A DNA stretch of 64,000 bases from Thermococcus sp. JdFR-02 (GCA_002009975.1 MTLP01000032.1:1-64000); one strand, 5' to 3'. Shown: positions 53,004 through 63,880, counted from the first letter of the stretch. Translations and numbers: made by a program. The notes: generated by a model not told the origin, from the sequence alone.

Positions 53004-53062
53004 TAAACTTTCCAAACGAAAAGTAAATTTATGCCCTTTCATAATTACATTTGGTGATTTGT

Positions 53063-53518
53063 ATGCCTAACATGGAAGTTAGAACTCACACCGCTCTTCA
53101 TGTTTTAAAAGGTGCAGTGGTTAAAGTTTTGGGAAATGAGGCTAAATGGACTGCAAGCGTTTATGTTGATGGAAATCATGGAAGATTAACCGTTAAATTT
53201 AATAGAAAGCCAAGTAATGAAGAGATAAAGGAAATAGAAGAACTAACTAATCGGAAAATTAGAGAAAATGTGCCGATTAAGATTTATGACCTTCCAAGAG
53301 AAGAAGCAGAGAAGAGGTTTGGTGAAGACATGTATGACCTTTTCCCAATCCCAGAGAGCATTAGAAATTTAAAAGTCGTTGTTATTGAAGATTGGAACGT
53401 TAACGCATGCAACAAAGAGCATACAGAATTTACTGGTGAAATTGGAGAGATAAAGATTAAAAAAGTGCGCTTTAGAAAAAGCAAGAATCTTTTAGAAATA
53501 AGTTTTGATGTTATTTAA
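53063..53518 (+). CDS. alaXS: Alanyl-tRNA editing protein AlaX-S
   Basis: HTALH and CNKEH zinc motifs, about 150 aa. Confidence 0.9.
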   Translation: MPNMEVRTHTALHVLKGAVVKVLGNEAKWTASVYVDGNHGRLTVKFNRKPSNEEIKEIEELTNRKIRENVPIKIYDLPREEAEKRFGEDMYDLFPIPESIRNLKVVVIEDWNVNACNKEHTEFTGEIGEIKIKKVRFRKSKNLLEISFDVI

Positions 53519-53542
53519 AAATAAAGTTTAAAAGAAGACGAA

Positions 53543-54892
53543 TCATTCTTTCTTTAGCTTTTCACACTTTTCGACAAATTCTTTGAGGATATCGTAGAGC
53601 TTTGGTTGTCCAATTTCTTCGAGTTCGTACCTAACCCTTACGGCTGGTTTGTTGAGCTTGAGGATTCTTCTTAGGTCGATTGGTGTCCCAATTACAACAA
53701 CATCAGCATCAGCCCTGTTTATAGTTTCTTCGAGCTCCTTAATCTGCTTCTCGCCATAGCCCATTGCTGGGAGGATAACCTCTAAGTGTGGGTACTTCTT
53801 GTATGTTTCCTTGATTGAACCAACTGCGTAGGGTCTTGGGTCGATGATTTCCTTAGCTCCGAACTTCTTAGCGGCAACGTAACCAGCACCGTACTTCATG
53901 CCACCGTGTGTAAGTGTTGGGCCATCTTCAACGACAAGAACTCTCTTTCCTTTAATTAGCTCTGGATCATCAACGAAGATTGGTGATGCAGCTTCAATAA
54001 CAATTGCATTTGGATTTGCTTTCTCAATGCTCTCTCTAACCTTTTGGACTCCCTCTGGATAAGCCGTCTCAACCTTGTTTATTATTATAACGTCTGCAGC
54101 CCTAAAGTTTGTTTCACCTGGGTGGTGTGTTAACTCATGTCCTGGCCTGTGTGGATCGGCAACAACGATCCATAGGTCTGGCTCATAGAATGGGAAGTCA
54201 TTATTTCCTCCATCCCACAAGATTATGTCAGCTTCTTTCTCGGCTTCCCTTAAAATCTTCTCATAATCGACACCAGCATAAACAATGTGTCCATGGTCAA
54301 TGTGTGGCTCATACTCTTCCCTCTCTTCAATTGTACATTCGTATTTGTCTAAGTCCTCATATGTGGCAAATCTTTGGACAATTTGCTTTCTTAAGTCACC
54401 GTATGGCATTGGGTGTCTAATTACCGCAACCTTGTATCCTAACTCTTTCAAAATCCTTGCAACCTTTCTTGAGGTTTGGCTCTTTCCAGAACCAGTTCTT
54501 ACAGCTGTAACTGCAACAACAGGCTTTGTTGATTTTAGCATGACACTCTTAGGTCCTAAGAGCCAAAAGTCTGCACCAGCAGCATGTGCTCTTGAAGCCA
54601 AGTGCATAACATGTTCATGAGAAACGTCTGAGTAAGCAAAAACAACTATATCAATGTCGTGCTCCTTAATTATCTTTTCTAAATCATCTTCACTCCAGAT
54701 TGGGATTCCATTTGGATAAAGCTCGCCTGCCAATTCTGGTGGGTAAATTCTACCCTCAATATCGGGAATTTGTGTTGCTGTAAAAGCTACAACTTCATAC
54801 TCTGGGTTGTTTCTAAAGAAGGTATTGAAGTTGTGGAAGTCTCTTCCGGCAGCGCCGAGAATCACAACTCTTCTTTTCTTTTTTTCGGTCAT
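53543..54892 (-). CDS. arcE: Arginine synthetase ArcE-like P-loop ligase (often labelled cyclic 2,3-diphosphoglycerate synthase or GTPase)
   Basis: GAAGRDFHNFN, TGSGKS, RHPMPYG, EEREEYE, DGGNND, EDGPTLTHGG. Confidence 0.72.
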   Translation of the reverse strand: MTEKKKRRVVILGAAGRDFHNFNTFFRNNPEYEVVAFTATQIPDIEGRIYPPELAGELYPNGIPIWSEDDLEKIIKEHDIDIVVFAYSDVSHEHVMHLASRAHAAGADFWLLGPKSVMLKSTKPVVAVTAVRTGSGKSQTSRKVARILKELGYKVAVIRHPMPYGDLRKQIVQRFATYEDLDKYECTIEEREEYEPHIDHGHIVYAGVDYEKILREAEKEADIILWDGGNNDFPFYEPDLWIVVADPHRPGHELTHHPGETNFRAADVIIINKVETAYPEGVQKVRESIEKANPNAIVIEAASPIFVDDPELIKGKRVLVVEDGPTLTHGGMKYGAGYVAAKKFGAKEIIDPRPYAVGSIKETYKKYPHLEVILPAMGYGEKQIKELEETINRADADVVVIGTPIDLRRILKLNKPAVRVRYELEEIGQPKLYDILKEFVEKCEKLKKE

Positions 54893-55105
54893 TTAACTCA
54901 CCTCAAAACTATTTAATATGCAGAAAAGTGTATATTTGTAGCACCTTATAACCATTTTTGTTGCTTAATGACAAAATGTGTCAAAAAATCTTTGAAAAAT
55001 ACTAGAAACAACAAAAAGTCTTTCAGAGAATGTATAACAATGTTTGAGTAGCTATGGAAAACTAACCTCCCCTTTGGTAGACTGCCTTATTCTTAAATTT
55101 CCTCT

Positions 55106-55780
55106 TCAGCATTTCTTGAACTTTTCACTAGTTAGCTCTCTAAGAGCATCTGAAGCTATCCATTTGGCACTTTTTGAATCTATCTTTTGAATCTCCTTTG
55201 CTGTTTCAATTGCAGCTTTATTTAGGCTAATATTACGCTTTCCAATTTGCCTCAACGCCCAATTGACGGCTTTTTTAACGTACTTTCTATCATCTTCTGC
55301 CTCTTTCTTTATTATGGACAGGAACTCTAGAAATTCTTCGTCTCCCGCTTTTTTATCATGAACAGCTAAAACTGCCATCAAGACAAATCCAGCCCTCTTA
55401 ACAAACTCTTCCTCTCTCGAACTCCATTCAACTGCCTTTTTATGAGCAAATCGGGTATACACAAAGAGATTATTACAACATTGATCGCATAAATCCCATG
55501 AATTAAAATCTCTAACCCAGTTTTCCATCTGCTCCTCTGTAACCATGTTCGGATCATCAATCATAGAAGCAAGTATGCGCGCCTCATGAATCCCTGAAGA
55601 CCAAAGCTGCTGAGCCAAAGTATGGTCCTTACCTATTTCCTTTGCCAATTTTCTTAAATTGGGAACTGATATTCCATATGCTTTTTCTGTATTAATCCCA
55701 AATCTTTTCATACCTTCTACTGCCTTTTGATTGGACATTACTTCAAGCTTCTTCATAATTTCTCCATATCTCACTAACAT
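55106..55780 (-). CDS. DNA alkylation repair protein (AlkD-like HEAT repeat)
   Basis: YGISVPNLRKLAK, SWDLCD, YVKKAVNWALRQIGK. Confidence 0.9.
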   Translation of the reverse strand: MLVRYGEIMKKLEVMSNQKAVEGMKRFGINTEKAYGISVPNLRKLAKEIGKDHTLAQQLWSSGIHEARILASMIDDPNMVTEEQMENWVRDFNSWDLCDQCCNNLFVYTRFAHKKAVEWSSREEEFVKRAGFVLMAVLAVHDKKAGDEEFLEFLSIIKKEAEDDRKYVKKAVNWALRQIGKRNISLNKAAIETAKEIQKIDSKSAKWIASDALRELTSEKFKKC

Positions 55781-55992
55781 CTCCTCTCTTAACAGCTTCC
55801 ACAAGCCATTATATAATAGTTATTACTGAATCCACTAAATCACAAGTTATATAAGACAAGAAAAAAGAAAAGAATTGAGAAACTCGTTCTTTAAATAAGC
55901 ACACAGGAGATGACTGTTTAAAGAAACTAAAGGATCAAATTTTCACATATCTAAGAAAAGACCGTGATTATACTTCCTTGGAGGTATGAGAG

Positions 55993-56772
55993 GTGAGGAT
56001 TGAGATTAGAGAAGTTGATGAAACTAACATAGATGACATGATTTCAGTGTGCGATCCATCTACCATCAGTGAGGCATACAAAAAAGGAGTTGAGATTAAA
56101 AGAGCATGGCTTCTCGAGATGCTGAGAACGTATGAAGATGTTGGCTTTGTTGCGTATTTTAATGAAAAGCCTGCCGCTCAGCTCTTAACTTACCCTGAAA
56201 AAGCAGATCCAACGAGTTTAAGGAGGGAAAACGTTTTAGTTGTTAACTGTATCTACAATCCACTTTTAGAAGCTCAAAGAAAGGGAATAGCAAGGAGTAT
56301 GGTCGAGAAGCTCATTCAAAAAGCAAGAGGAAAATATGAATTTTTGATCACTCACGCATTTGATACTGGGGAGTTTCTGTCCCAAGCGGACTTCTTTAAG
56401 AAGATGGGCTTCAAAGAGATAACTAAAGAAGACCTTTACTACTCTTTCAGCGGAAGGGAACTTAAAGAACCCTATTCTGGCTTTTGGAAAGAGGGAGGAG
56501 AATATAGGAGGAGTGATGAAGATATCGGCAGAATCATGATATTCTATGAGCCAGTGTGTCCTTTTTCTTATCTCTGGGCATATAGAGCAAAAGAAATAGT
56601 GAAAGAAATCGCTCCTGAATTCAAAATAGAGGTTTTGAATGGATGGGAACATCCAGAAGAGTTTGTGTCCAGAGGACGGAACTGGATGTTGGTGAACGGC
56701 ATTCCAATAAAATCGCTCCCCATAGAAAGAGGGACGTTTAAGGAAGAAATTAAGAATGCGCTGGAAACTTAA
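55993..56772 (+). CDS. GNAT family N-acetyltransferase with YoaP-like C-terminal domain
   Basis: QRKGIARSM acetyl-CoA motif, FFKKMGF, C-terminal CPF segment. Confidence 0.8.
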   Translation: MRIEIREVDETNIDDMISVCDPSTISEAYKKGVEIKRAWLLEMLRTYEDVGFVAYFNEKPAAQLLTYPEKADPTSLRRENVLVVNCIYNPLLEAQRKGIARSMVEKLIQKARGKYEFLITHAFDTGEFLSQADFFKKMGFKEITKEDLYYSFSGRELKEPYSGFWKEGGEYRRSDEDIGRIMIFYEPVCPFSYLWAYRAKEIVKEIAPEFKIEVLNGWEHPEEFVSRGRNWMLVNGIPIKSLPIERGTFKEEIKNALET

Positions 56773-56810
56773 AATTATAGGGATAAATGTGAGAAAATTT
56801 GAAAAAGATG

Positions 56811-57980
56811 TCAAAGAGCATCTAGGGGGATTACTTTTCGCAGCTGGGCTTGGATGTCCTTCAGTTTTTCACTAACATCTTCCTTATCCAACTCCTTCCT
56901 CAAACCGTAGAGCTCATAGAAAACTGGCAGTATCTCCTTCTCCTCGATAATGCCAAGAGAAACTGCAGTTTCAATGGCATATATCAAATCAACGAAAGCT
57001 CTTTGAGGTTCTTGGAGGGGTTCAGTGAGAATTTGTTTTATGGATTCTTTCTGCTTTTGTCTTAGCCACTCGTCTTCTCTCTTAAAGAACTCATCAAGCT
57101 CATCTAAATCTTCTCTAGAAATCTTCCATCCGCTTGCTTCGACATTTTCTTCCAGATGTTCTACCGTTGAAGGTCCGGTTAGGGCACATATTACCCCTTC
57201 ATGGGCAAGAACCCAAGCGATGGCAACCTGCACTGGAGTTTTACCATATCTCTCTCCCAACTCCGCAAACTTTTTTGCTATTCTCAAGCCGTGCTGGAAG
57301 CGCTCCCTCTGAAAAAGTGGGTCTAAATAACGTATATCTCCGGGTTCAAACTTTTGATTTTCTTTAAATCTTCCTGTGAGTAAGCCTCTCCCCGTTGTGC
57401 TGAAAGCAATAATTCCCAAATTGTATTTCCGGTAAAGTGGCAAAAGCTTTTCATAAGATTCTCTTGCAACTGCACTAAACTCTGCAAGAGCTGAAAAGGG
57501 CTTTCCAAGCTTGCAGTATTCCTCCGCAACATCTAAAGGCAAGTGACCTACGCCGTAATATCGAATCTTCCCCTCTTCGATAAGATCTTCCAGCGCTTCA
57601 ATGGTTTCCTCTATTGGTGTGGTTGGGTCATGGAAGTGAACTTGGTAGAGGTCGATGTAATCGGTCTGCAGTCTCTTGAGACTTTCTTCGCAGGCGTTTT
57701 TGATGTAGTCTTTGGAGAGGTTTGGCTTTATACCGCTCCTAACTCCAACTTTCGTGGCTATATAAACCTCTTCACGGAAGGATTTTACAATCTCTCCCAA
57801 AATTTGTTCAGCGTTTCCATAGGCTTCCGCAGTGTCAAAGAAGTTAACCCCAAGTTCATAGGCACGGTAAATCATTCTCTTAAACTCTTCAAGATTTTTT
57901 ACTCCATAGACTCCACTTAAAGAATACGTCCCAATCCCTATCTCGGAAATCCGCAAACCCCTATGCTTTTGATATCTCAC
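56811..57980 (-). CDS. Aldo/keto reductase with C-terminal extension
   Basis: FDTAEAYG, IATKVG, SLKRLQTDYIDLYQVH, GKIRYYGV. Confidence 0.92.
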   Translation of the reverse strand: MRYQKHRGLRISEIGIGTYSLSGVYGVKNLEEFKRMIYRAYELGVNFFDTAEAYGNAEQILGEIVKSFREEVYIATKVGVRSGIKPNLSKDYIKNACEESLKRLQTDYIDLYQVHFHDPTTPIEETIEALEDLIEEGKIRYYGVGHLPLDVAEEYCKLGKPFSALAEFSAVARESYEKLLPLYRKYNLGIIAFSTTGRGLLTGRFKENQKFEPGDIRYLDPLFQRERFQHGLRIAKKFAELGERYGKTPVQVAIAWVLAHEGVICALTGPSTVEHLEENVEASGWKISREDLDELDEFFKREDEWLRQKQKESIKQILTEPLQEPQRAFVDLIYAIETAVSLGIIEEKEILPVFYELYGLRKELDKEDVSEKLKDIQAQLRKVIPLDAL

Positions 57981-58170
57981 GGATATAACCTCCTACAAGT
58001 TAGATTAAACTTATTTTAAGCTCTGAAAAATGCGTTCTTTTAACGCTTTATGTTCTATTACACTGTATTGTGCCTTTATTTCTGACCTATTTTGCAAAAA
58101 GTATATAAGGGTTTGTCAAAATTATGCTGACTATTTGAAAATAATCACAACTCTGGAGGAAGATTTTAAG

Positions 58171-58926
58171 ATGAACATTATAATACTTGGTTCTGGAGTG
58201 TATAGCGGAACCCCAAGACCTTTATGTGGTTGTGAGAACTGTTCAAGAGCTAGGAAATTTCCTTTATATAGAAGAACGCGCTTTTCAATGTACATTCCCA
58301 GGATTAGAGCGCTAATAGATCCCTCACCAGACTTACATTATCACTTAGAGCATATAAATGAAAAAATCGAGCATGTTTTCGTTACTCATGCTCACTTTGA
58401 CCACATAGGTGGCTTACCTGAACTCCAGATCTTTAAGCACATTAAGCTTTATGGACATACCACGACCCTTGAAGTGGCAAAATACTTGCAAAAGCGTTTT
58501 GTAGGGGAGAGCAAATGGAATTGGAAGTATTTTCCATTAGAATTTAACAAGTGGTACGACTTTAACTTTAAGATTTACCACTTTAAAGTTATTCACCAGC
58601 CAATAGAAGCTGCCGGAGGATTTATAATCCAAATTGAAAACAAAAAGATTGTGATTACCGGTGATACTGGACCAGAAATACTTAATGATAAAAGAACATT
58701 GAAGGAGATTAGAAATGCTGACTTGCTTGTTGCAGATATGACGCATAAACACTCAATTTCAAATGCCCATCTTGGAGTTGATGATGCAATAAAACTCGCT
58801 CAAACGGTTAAAGCAAGGAAGACAGTTTTTGCTCACATAAGTCATACAAATTATACGCATGATGAGCTTGAAGAGAAGACAAAACCCTATCTAGTGGCGA
58901 GAGATTTCATGCACATAAACATTTAA
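58171..58926 (+). CDS. MBL-fold metallo-hydrolase (PhnP-like)
   Basis: GSG, CGCENC, THAHFDH, TGDT, HISH. Confidence 0.9.
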   Translation: MNIIILGSGVYSGTPRPLCGCENCSRARKFPLYRRTRFSMYIPRIRALIDPSPDLHYHLEHINEKIEHVFVTHAHFDHIGGLPELQIFKHIKLYGHTTTLEVAKYLQKRFVGESKWNWKYFPLEFNKWYDFNFKIYHFKVIHQPIEAAGGFIIQIENKKIVITGDTGPEILNDKRTLKEIRNADLLVADMTHKHSISNAHLGVDDAIKLAQTVKARKTVFAHISHTNYTHDELEEKTKPYLVARDFMHINI

Positions 58927-58991
58927 TTTCGAAATGCTGTCCTTCATTAACATTATTAAAAAAGATGCCTTAATAATGGTGGTGTTGCATC

Positions 58992-60632
58992 ATGGTGATT
59001 TGTAAAGTTGTTGATATTGATGAGGCAATAAGTAAGATACCAGATAATGCAGTGATAGCGATTTCGGGCTTTAATATGCTCGTAGCTCCCGAATATTTGC
59101 TGCTTAAATTGTTTGAACGCTATGAAAAGACGGGACATCCTCAAAATGTATTCCTCGAAGTAAATCCTATACCTACCGCTCCAAACGGTGTTCTTGATAA
59201 GATTGCAAAGAAGATATATGAAGACTTAGACCAAAAATTCTTGTCCGGAATTTTAGTAACTTATCCCGGCTGGTCACCATACCTACAAAAACTTATCCAA
59301 GAGAATAGAATAGAAGGGTATACATGGTCTATAGGAACAGCTTCATGGTTTTTTAGGGAAGTTGCGAGAGGATTCCCTGGAGTAATAACAAAAGTTGGGA
59401 TGAGGACTTTCCTAGATGGGCGTGAAGATGCTGGCTATTTAAATGAGTTGGCAAGAGAAAAGAAGAGATGTAAAGTCAAGACCATTAAAATTGATGGGGA
59501 AGAGTATTTACTTTACAAAGCCCCAAAACCCAATGTAACCTTCATAAGGGGCACGACAAGCGATGAGATAGGAAACCTAACCACAGAAAGAGAAGGCTCT
59601 TTTACAGATATTTTGAATATGGCTCAAGCGGCTAAATCACAGCCAAATCCTGGCATTGTGATTGCACAAGTAGAAAGAGTAGCTAGATTTGGCTCTTTGC
59701 ATCCCCAAGATGTAAAAGTTCCAGGTCCTTTAATAGACTATGTTGTTATAGCTCCTCCTGAATACCATAAGCAGAGTGCAAACATACAATACGACCCAAG
59801 GATTTCTGGTGAGATAATACCTCCCACAAGCTTAGAATTGCTTTCAAAATCAGAGCTTAACACGAGAAAGGTCATTGCAAGAAGGATACTCTTAGAGATG
59901 GCAAAGCTGATAGAAGAGCTTGGAAGACCGATTCTTGTTAACCTTGGGATTGGAATTCCTTCAGAAGTTGCTGGGGTAGCAAATGAGGAGGGAATACAAG
60001 ATCTAGTGTTTACCACGGTAGAGTCGGGACCTTTTGGTGGGGTTGCCCTTTTAGGTCCAGACTTTGGAGCTTCAATAGGACCTTTTGCAATAATATCGAT
60101 GGCTGATCAGTTTGCTAACTATGAGGGTGGAATTATTGACGTGGCAAGCTTAGGCTTTATGCAAGTAGATGAGCAGGGAAATGTTAATCCCTCTATACTT
60201 CCAGGACGCTTACCGGGACCTGGTGGCTTTCCAGTGATTTCATATGGTTCCCCGAGAGTAATCTTTGCAGGTGGATTCACCGCAGGAAAAAGGGATATTA
60301 GAACAGAAAACGGTAAACTCAACATAGTGAAAGATGGTGACATAGCCAAATTTGTTAAGAAAGTCTATAAGGTAGTTTACAGTGGTCCAGTTGGTTTGGA
60401 GAAGGGACAAGAAGTTATCTATGTAACGGAGAGAGCAGTTTTTAGATTAACGAAAAAAGGGCTTGTTCTTGAAGAATACGCCCCGGGAATTGACATTGAA
60501 AAAGACATATTGAACAAGATGGAGTTTGAGCCAAAAATAAGTTCAAAACTAAGGGAGATGGAGAAAAGGCTTTTCCTACCAAGACCAATGGGTCTAAAAG
60601 AAGAAGTTGAGAGGGCAATTTGTCGAATTTAG
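58992..60632 (+). CDS. Fused acyl-CoA:acetate/3-oxoacid CoA transferase (YdiF/propionate CoA-transferase type)
   Basis: VIAQV, VNLGIGIP, VESG catalytic Glu, GPGGF, YVTERAVF. Confidence 0.9.
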   Translation: MVICKVVDIDEAISKIPDNAVIAISGFNMLVAPEYLLLKLFERYEKTGHPQNVFLEVNPIPTAPNGVLDKIAKKIYEDLDQKFLSGILVTYPGWSPYLQKLIQENRIEGYTWSIGTASWFFREVARGFPGVITKVGMRTFLDGREDAGYLNELAREKKRCKVKTIKIDGEEYLLYKAPKPNVTFIRGTTSDEIGNLTTEREGSFTDILNMAQAAKSQPNPGIVIAQVERVARFGSLHPQDVKVPGPLIDYVVIAPPEYHKQSANIQYDPRISGEIIPPTSLELLSKSELNTRKVIARRILLEMAKLIEELGRPILVNLGIGIPSEVAGVANEEGIQDLVFTTVESGPFGGVALLGPDFGASIGPFAIISMADQFANYEGGIIDVASLGFMQVDEQGNVNPSILPGRLPGPGGFPVISYGSPRVIFAGGFTAGKRDIRTENGKLNIVKDGDIAKFVKKVYKVVYSGPVGLEKGQEVIYVTERAVFRLTKKGLVLEEYAPGIDIEKDILNKMEFEPKISSKLREMEKRLFLPRPMGLKEEVERAICRI

Positions 60633-61747
60633 TTTAAGCTCTTTATTGCTTTTAGCTCAACTTCGTTTCCTTTCATCTTTATTCTCACTATCATGTCTCC
60701 AACCTTATAATTCCCACCCTCTTTTACACCCTGCATTTCTGCAATTTGGATGAGAGCTTTATAAAATTCTTGAGCATCTGAAGAGGTTTCCCAAAGCGTT
60801 TTCCATATGAGAATCTTATGAGTGCTGTTATTCAATAGGACTACTTTATCTCCCTCCCATCCTTCAGCAACCTCATAAGCATTTTCAACCCCTAATTTGG
60901 TTGCCACTAAAACATAGACATAGAACTCACCAAGTCTATCTTCATGGATCAATTTGTAGTTCTTATCTACGCTTATTTCAACTTTTTTGGGAGCTTCTCC
61001 TTTCAAATATTTCTGTGGATGCATTATCTGTTCTGTCGAGCTTGGGAGATTTTTGTAAGCCTTATTTACGAGCTCCCAACCTCCTTGATCATAGAGGAAT
61101 TTAACAAATTTTTCTCCATAGACATAAGGAAAGCTGCGCAAAGCTATGTGTGGATCATAGAGAGGAAGTTTAGTTGTCTTAAATACTCTTAAATTATGTC
61201 TTTTTGAGTATTCATCGGCAACTAAATCCGCATCTCCTTCGATTAATGCACTTACTGCAAGCCTTTCATCAAAAATTTTTGGGGTTGGAGGGTCAAAATA
61301 CTCCTTTTGAAGCACATGTATAAGTTCGTGAGCGATCACCCTATAGGCTGTATCTCCGCTGTCCTTAAAGTTCTCTTCAATGATGTAAATCTTGTTTCCC
61401 ATTGTAGCGGCAATCCAAGAAGCCCTATATTGCGTTGCAGCCCTTACAATGTCATAATCTTGAGGAACGAGCATTGTTAGTTTGTATATCTCTTCCCAGG
61501 TTTCTAATTCTCGATTTGCCCTTGAAGAAGTTCTTTTAGTTGCCCATTCAATATCAACGACTATAAATTGGGGCTCTCCCTTAAAAGTCAAGTTCCTTAT
61601 CTCAGTGATTTCTTTGACAATTTCCATTGCTTGGGTTAAAATTTCCTCAGAATCACTTCGATGGGGTGTGTAATAGGTGGTTGATGCTAAAACTATCACC
61701 AAAATACTAACGATCACTGCTAAAGTGCTTCGGATTTGGATTTTCAA
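60629..61747 (-). CDS. Membrane-anchored putative zinc metalloprotease-like surface protein
   Basis: N-terminal TM/signal segment, HELIH followed by EGDA, FPYVYG, STEQIMHP. Confidence 0.65.
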   Translation of the reverse strand: MKIQIRSTLAVIVSILVIVLASTTYYTPHRSDSEEILTQAMEIVKEITEIRNLTFKGEPQFIVVDIEWATKRTSSRANRELETWEEIYKLTMLVPQDYDIVRAATQYRASWIAATMGNKIYIIEENFKDSGDTAYRVIAHELIHVLQKEYFDPPTPKIFDERLAVSALIEGDADLVADEYSKRHNLRVFKTTKLPLYDPHIALRSFPYVYGEKFVKFLYDQGGWELVNKAYKNLPSSTEQIMHPQKYLKGEAPKKVEISVDKNYKLIHEDRLGEFYVYVLVATKLGVENAYEVAEGWEGDKVVLLNNSTHKILIWKTLWETSSDAQEFYKALIQIAEMQGVKEGGNYKVGDMIVRIKMKGNEVELKAIKSLN

Positions 61748-62719
61748 CTAATCACCCCCTATCTCTTCACAAAGTTTTGAAAAGAGCCTTGCAGTGGTTA
61801 TTAAATCTAATTTGTTGTGCTCGATTATAGGTATCAAAGGTCCCACGTTCTTAGTCTTCAAATAGACCTCATAGAACTCTGGAACTAAAGCACTTGGAAC
61901 GTCATCTTTCCTTTCTATGCCAAATACGTGTCTTTCCAAAGTGACCAGCCTGCAGTTAGGGAGCTTTTCTCTCCATAAGCGCCTTGAAAATAGGAATACA
62001 TCAAAGTTGGGCTTGTTAAGGTCTCCCCTCATTTTATGATAAGCTAATCTTTCTTCAATGTATGGCACATCAAACTTCCGCCCGTTGAATGTTACAAAAG
62101 CACTCTTATCCTTTAAATTGGGCAAAAATGCAGCTAAAAGAGCAGGTTCTTCTTCCAAATTCCTCGCAAAATATTGGTTTATCAATAATTTGTCGTTCAT
62201 AATCTCCGCAACTCCAATCAATATAACAGGCTTTGCATAGAGTCCTAAGGTCTCTATGTCCAAAATCATGAAATCTTCTTTTCTGTGAAAAGCGGATGCA
62301 TACAAAATTAGCGGATGAGATTTTTGAAATCTGCTGCTAATCCACTCAATAATACTATAGATATCGCGTTTATCTAAGAGTTCTAAAAACTTTGAAGCTT
62401 CACGACCAAATCGGGGATGCCTTGTAAGGTCTTCGATCGTTTTGTACCCCTTCTTTTTTAGCTTAGCCTCTGTTGCTTTTCCTATCCCATGGATTAGCTT
62501 TAAGTCTGACAGTATTTCCTCTCTCGCCTTTTTTGGGTCGATTGTTTTTAGGCTTATCCTTTCTTCGCTTCTTATGAGGTAACAAGTACCTTTCTCAGTC
62601 TCAAGCTCCTCTCCAGGAATTACATCTTCTAAGCTTTTCCCTCTATATTCTTTTAACAATCTCCGCTCTAATCTCTGAGCTTCCACATATCCCCAATCGT
62701 AAATGTCCATGTAAATCAT
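61748..62719 (-). CDS. RNase H-like DEDD exonuclease (YprB/MrfB family) with HhH motif
   Basis: GIGKAT HhH, LDIETLGL, FNGRKFD, HNKLD. Confidence 0.87.
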   Translation of the reverse strand: MIYMDIYDWGYVEAQRLERRLLKEYRGKSLEDVIPGEELETEKGTCYLIRSEERISLKTIDPKKAREEILSDLKLIHGIGKATEAKLKKKGYKTIEDLTRHPRFGREASKFLELLDKRDIYSIIEWISSRFQKSHPLILYASAFHRKEDFMILDIETLGLYAKPVILIGVAEIMNDKLLINQYFARNLEEEPALLAAFLPNLKDKSAFVTFNGRKFDVPYIEERLAYHKMRGDLNKPNFDVFLFSRRLWREKLPNCRLVTLERHVFGIERKDDVPSALVPEFYEVYLKTKNVGPLIPIIEHNKLDLITTARLFSKLCEEIGGD

Positions 62720-62926
62720 TATGTTTGTCCTCCTAGAATAGGTGTTTCAAGGTTAATTGTATAAATTGTTTGTTGTTTTGATAGGAAGATTCTTTGGCTT
62801 TGCGAGAAGCACGGAATTGAGGATCCAGTCTTTCGTGAGTTTGAGAACATAGTATGGGTTAATTTAATAAGTATTGGAACATTTGCTGTTTCTTTGCAAA
62901 AATTAGAAAATCTTCAAAGAGCTTGT

Positions 62927-63880
62927 CTACGTCTTTTTCACACTTATCTCCGTGTTAAGGATTTTTGGGATTAATCTCATTAAAAACACTCCCAAGCCAT
63001 CAATAAACCTCCAAAACTCTTTTTCTGGTTCTTTAGCAAACAGGACAAGCTCCTCTTTGAAAGCAATCTTATCTTTCAACCCCTCAAGTTCTCCCACGTT
63101 GTCTCTTATTATTTTTTCCACATTTGGATTATACTTTCCTGTGAACTCAACCTTTTCAAGTATCTCCTGTTCAAAATCCCTGTAATCATAGCCCACCTTT
63201 GAGAGCATGAACACATCATAAAAGTCCCTTGCTTTCTGGAACTTCCTTGTTAAAATTGCCCTTACCTTTTCCGTTAGAATCTCCCTTGGGTCATAAGCGA
63301 AGACCTCAACTGGTGAGTATTCTAGGAGTTCTTCTTCATAAAATGCTCTCTCCTCTGGTGAGAGTGAAGTCTCGCTAAGCAGAGTTCTCGCAGTAACAAT
63401 TTTGGGCTCAAAGAACAGTTTTTCAAAGAATATCACCTCAACCTTAATTATCTCCCCTTTCTCGGTTCTCAATTCAAAGAACACTATTTTGCGATTCTCA
63501 TTCCCCTCAAAATGAAGGAATTCATTGTCAAACTTCTTTCCCAAGTATGGCTCAAAAATTAGGCCTTGCTCTCCCGCTATCCTCTTCAGCAAATTAGCCA
63601 CGTATTTAACTTCCTTAGTTATTAGCTCCCTTCGCTTTGCCCTTGAGAGCCACTCACCTCTGTAGTAATACGTAAAGTCCAAATCGATGCTGAAGCGGTA
63701 GTAGCCGAGATAGCACTTAACTAAGCAAGTGCCACCCTTGAAAAGGTAGTTTTCCTTAAAGTGCTCGTCAGAGTAAAGTCTTCTCAAAATCATGTGAAGG
63801 AGAATGTCTCTCTCAATCAGCTCAAGACTTTTAACGCCTGTCTTCTTTGAGACAAAGGCTACAAGCTCCTTAAGGTTCAT
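62927..63880 (-). CDS. AbiEii/AbiGii nucleotidyltransferase toxin (type IV TA)
   Basis: FKGGT, RFSIDLDF, EKVRA, RDFYD. Confidence 0.9.
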   Translation of the reverse strand: MNLKELVAFVSKKTGVKSLELIERDILLHMILRRLYSDEHFKENYLFKGGTCLVKCYLGYYRFSIDLDFTYYYRGEWLSRAKRRELITKEVKYVANLLKRIAGEQGLIFEPYLGKKFDNEFLHFEGNENRKIVFFELRTEKGEIIKVEVIFFEKLFFEPKIVTARTLLSETSLSPEERAFYEEELLEYSPVEVFAYDPREILTEKVRAILTRKFQKARDFYDVFMLSKVGYDYRDFEQEILEKVEFTGKYNPNVEKIIRDNVGELEGLKDKIAFKEELVLFAKEPEKEFWRFIDGLGVFLMRLIPKILNTEISVKKT

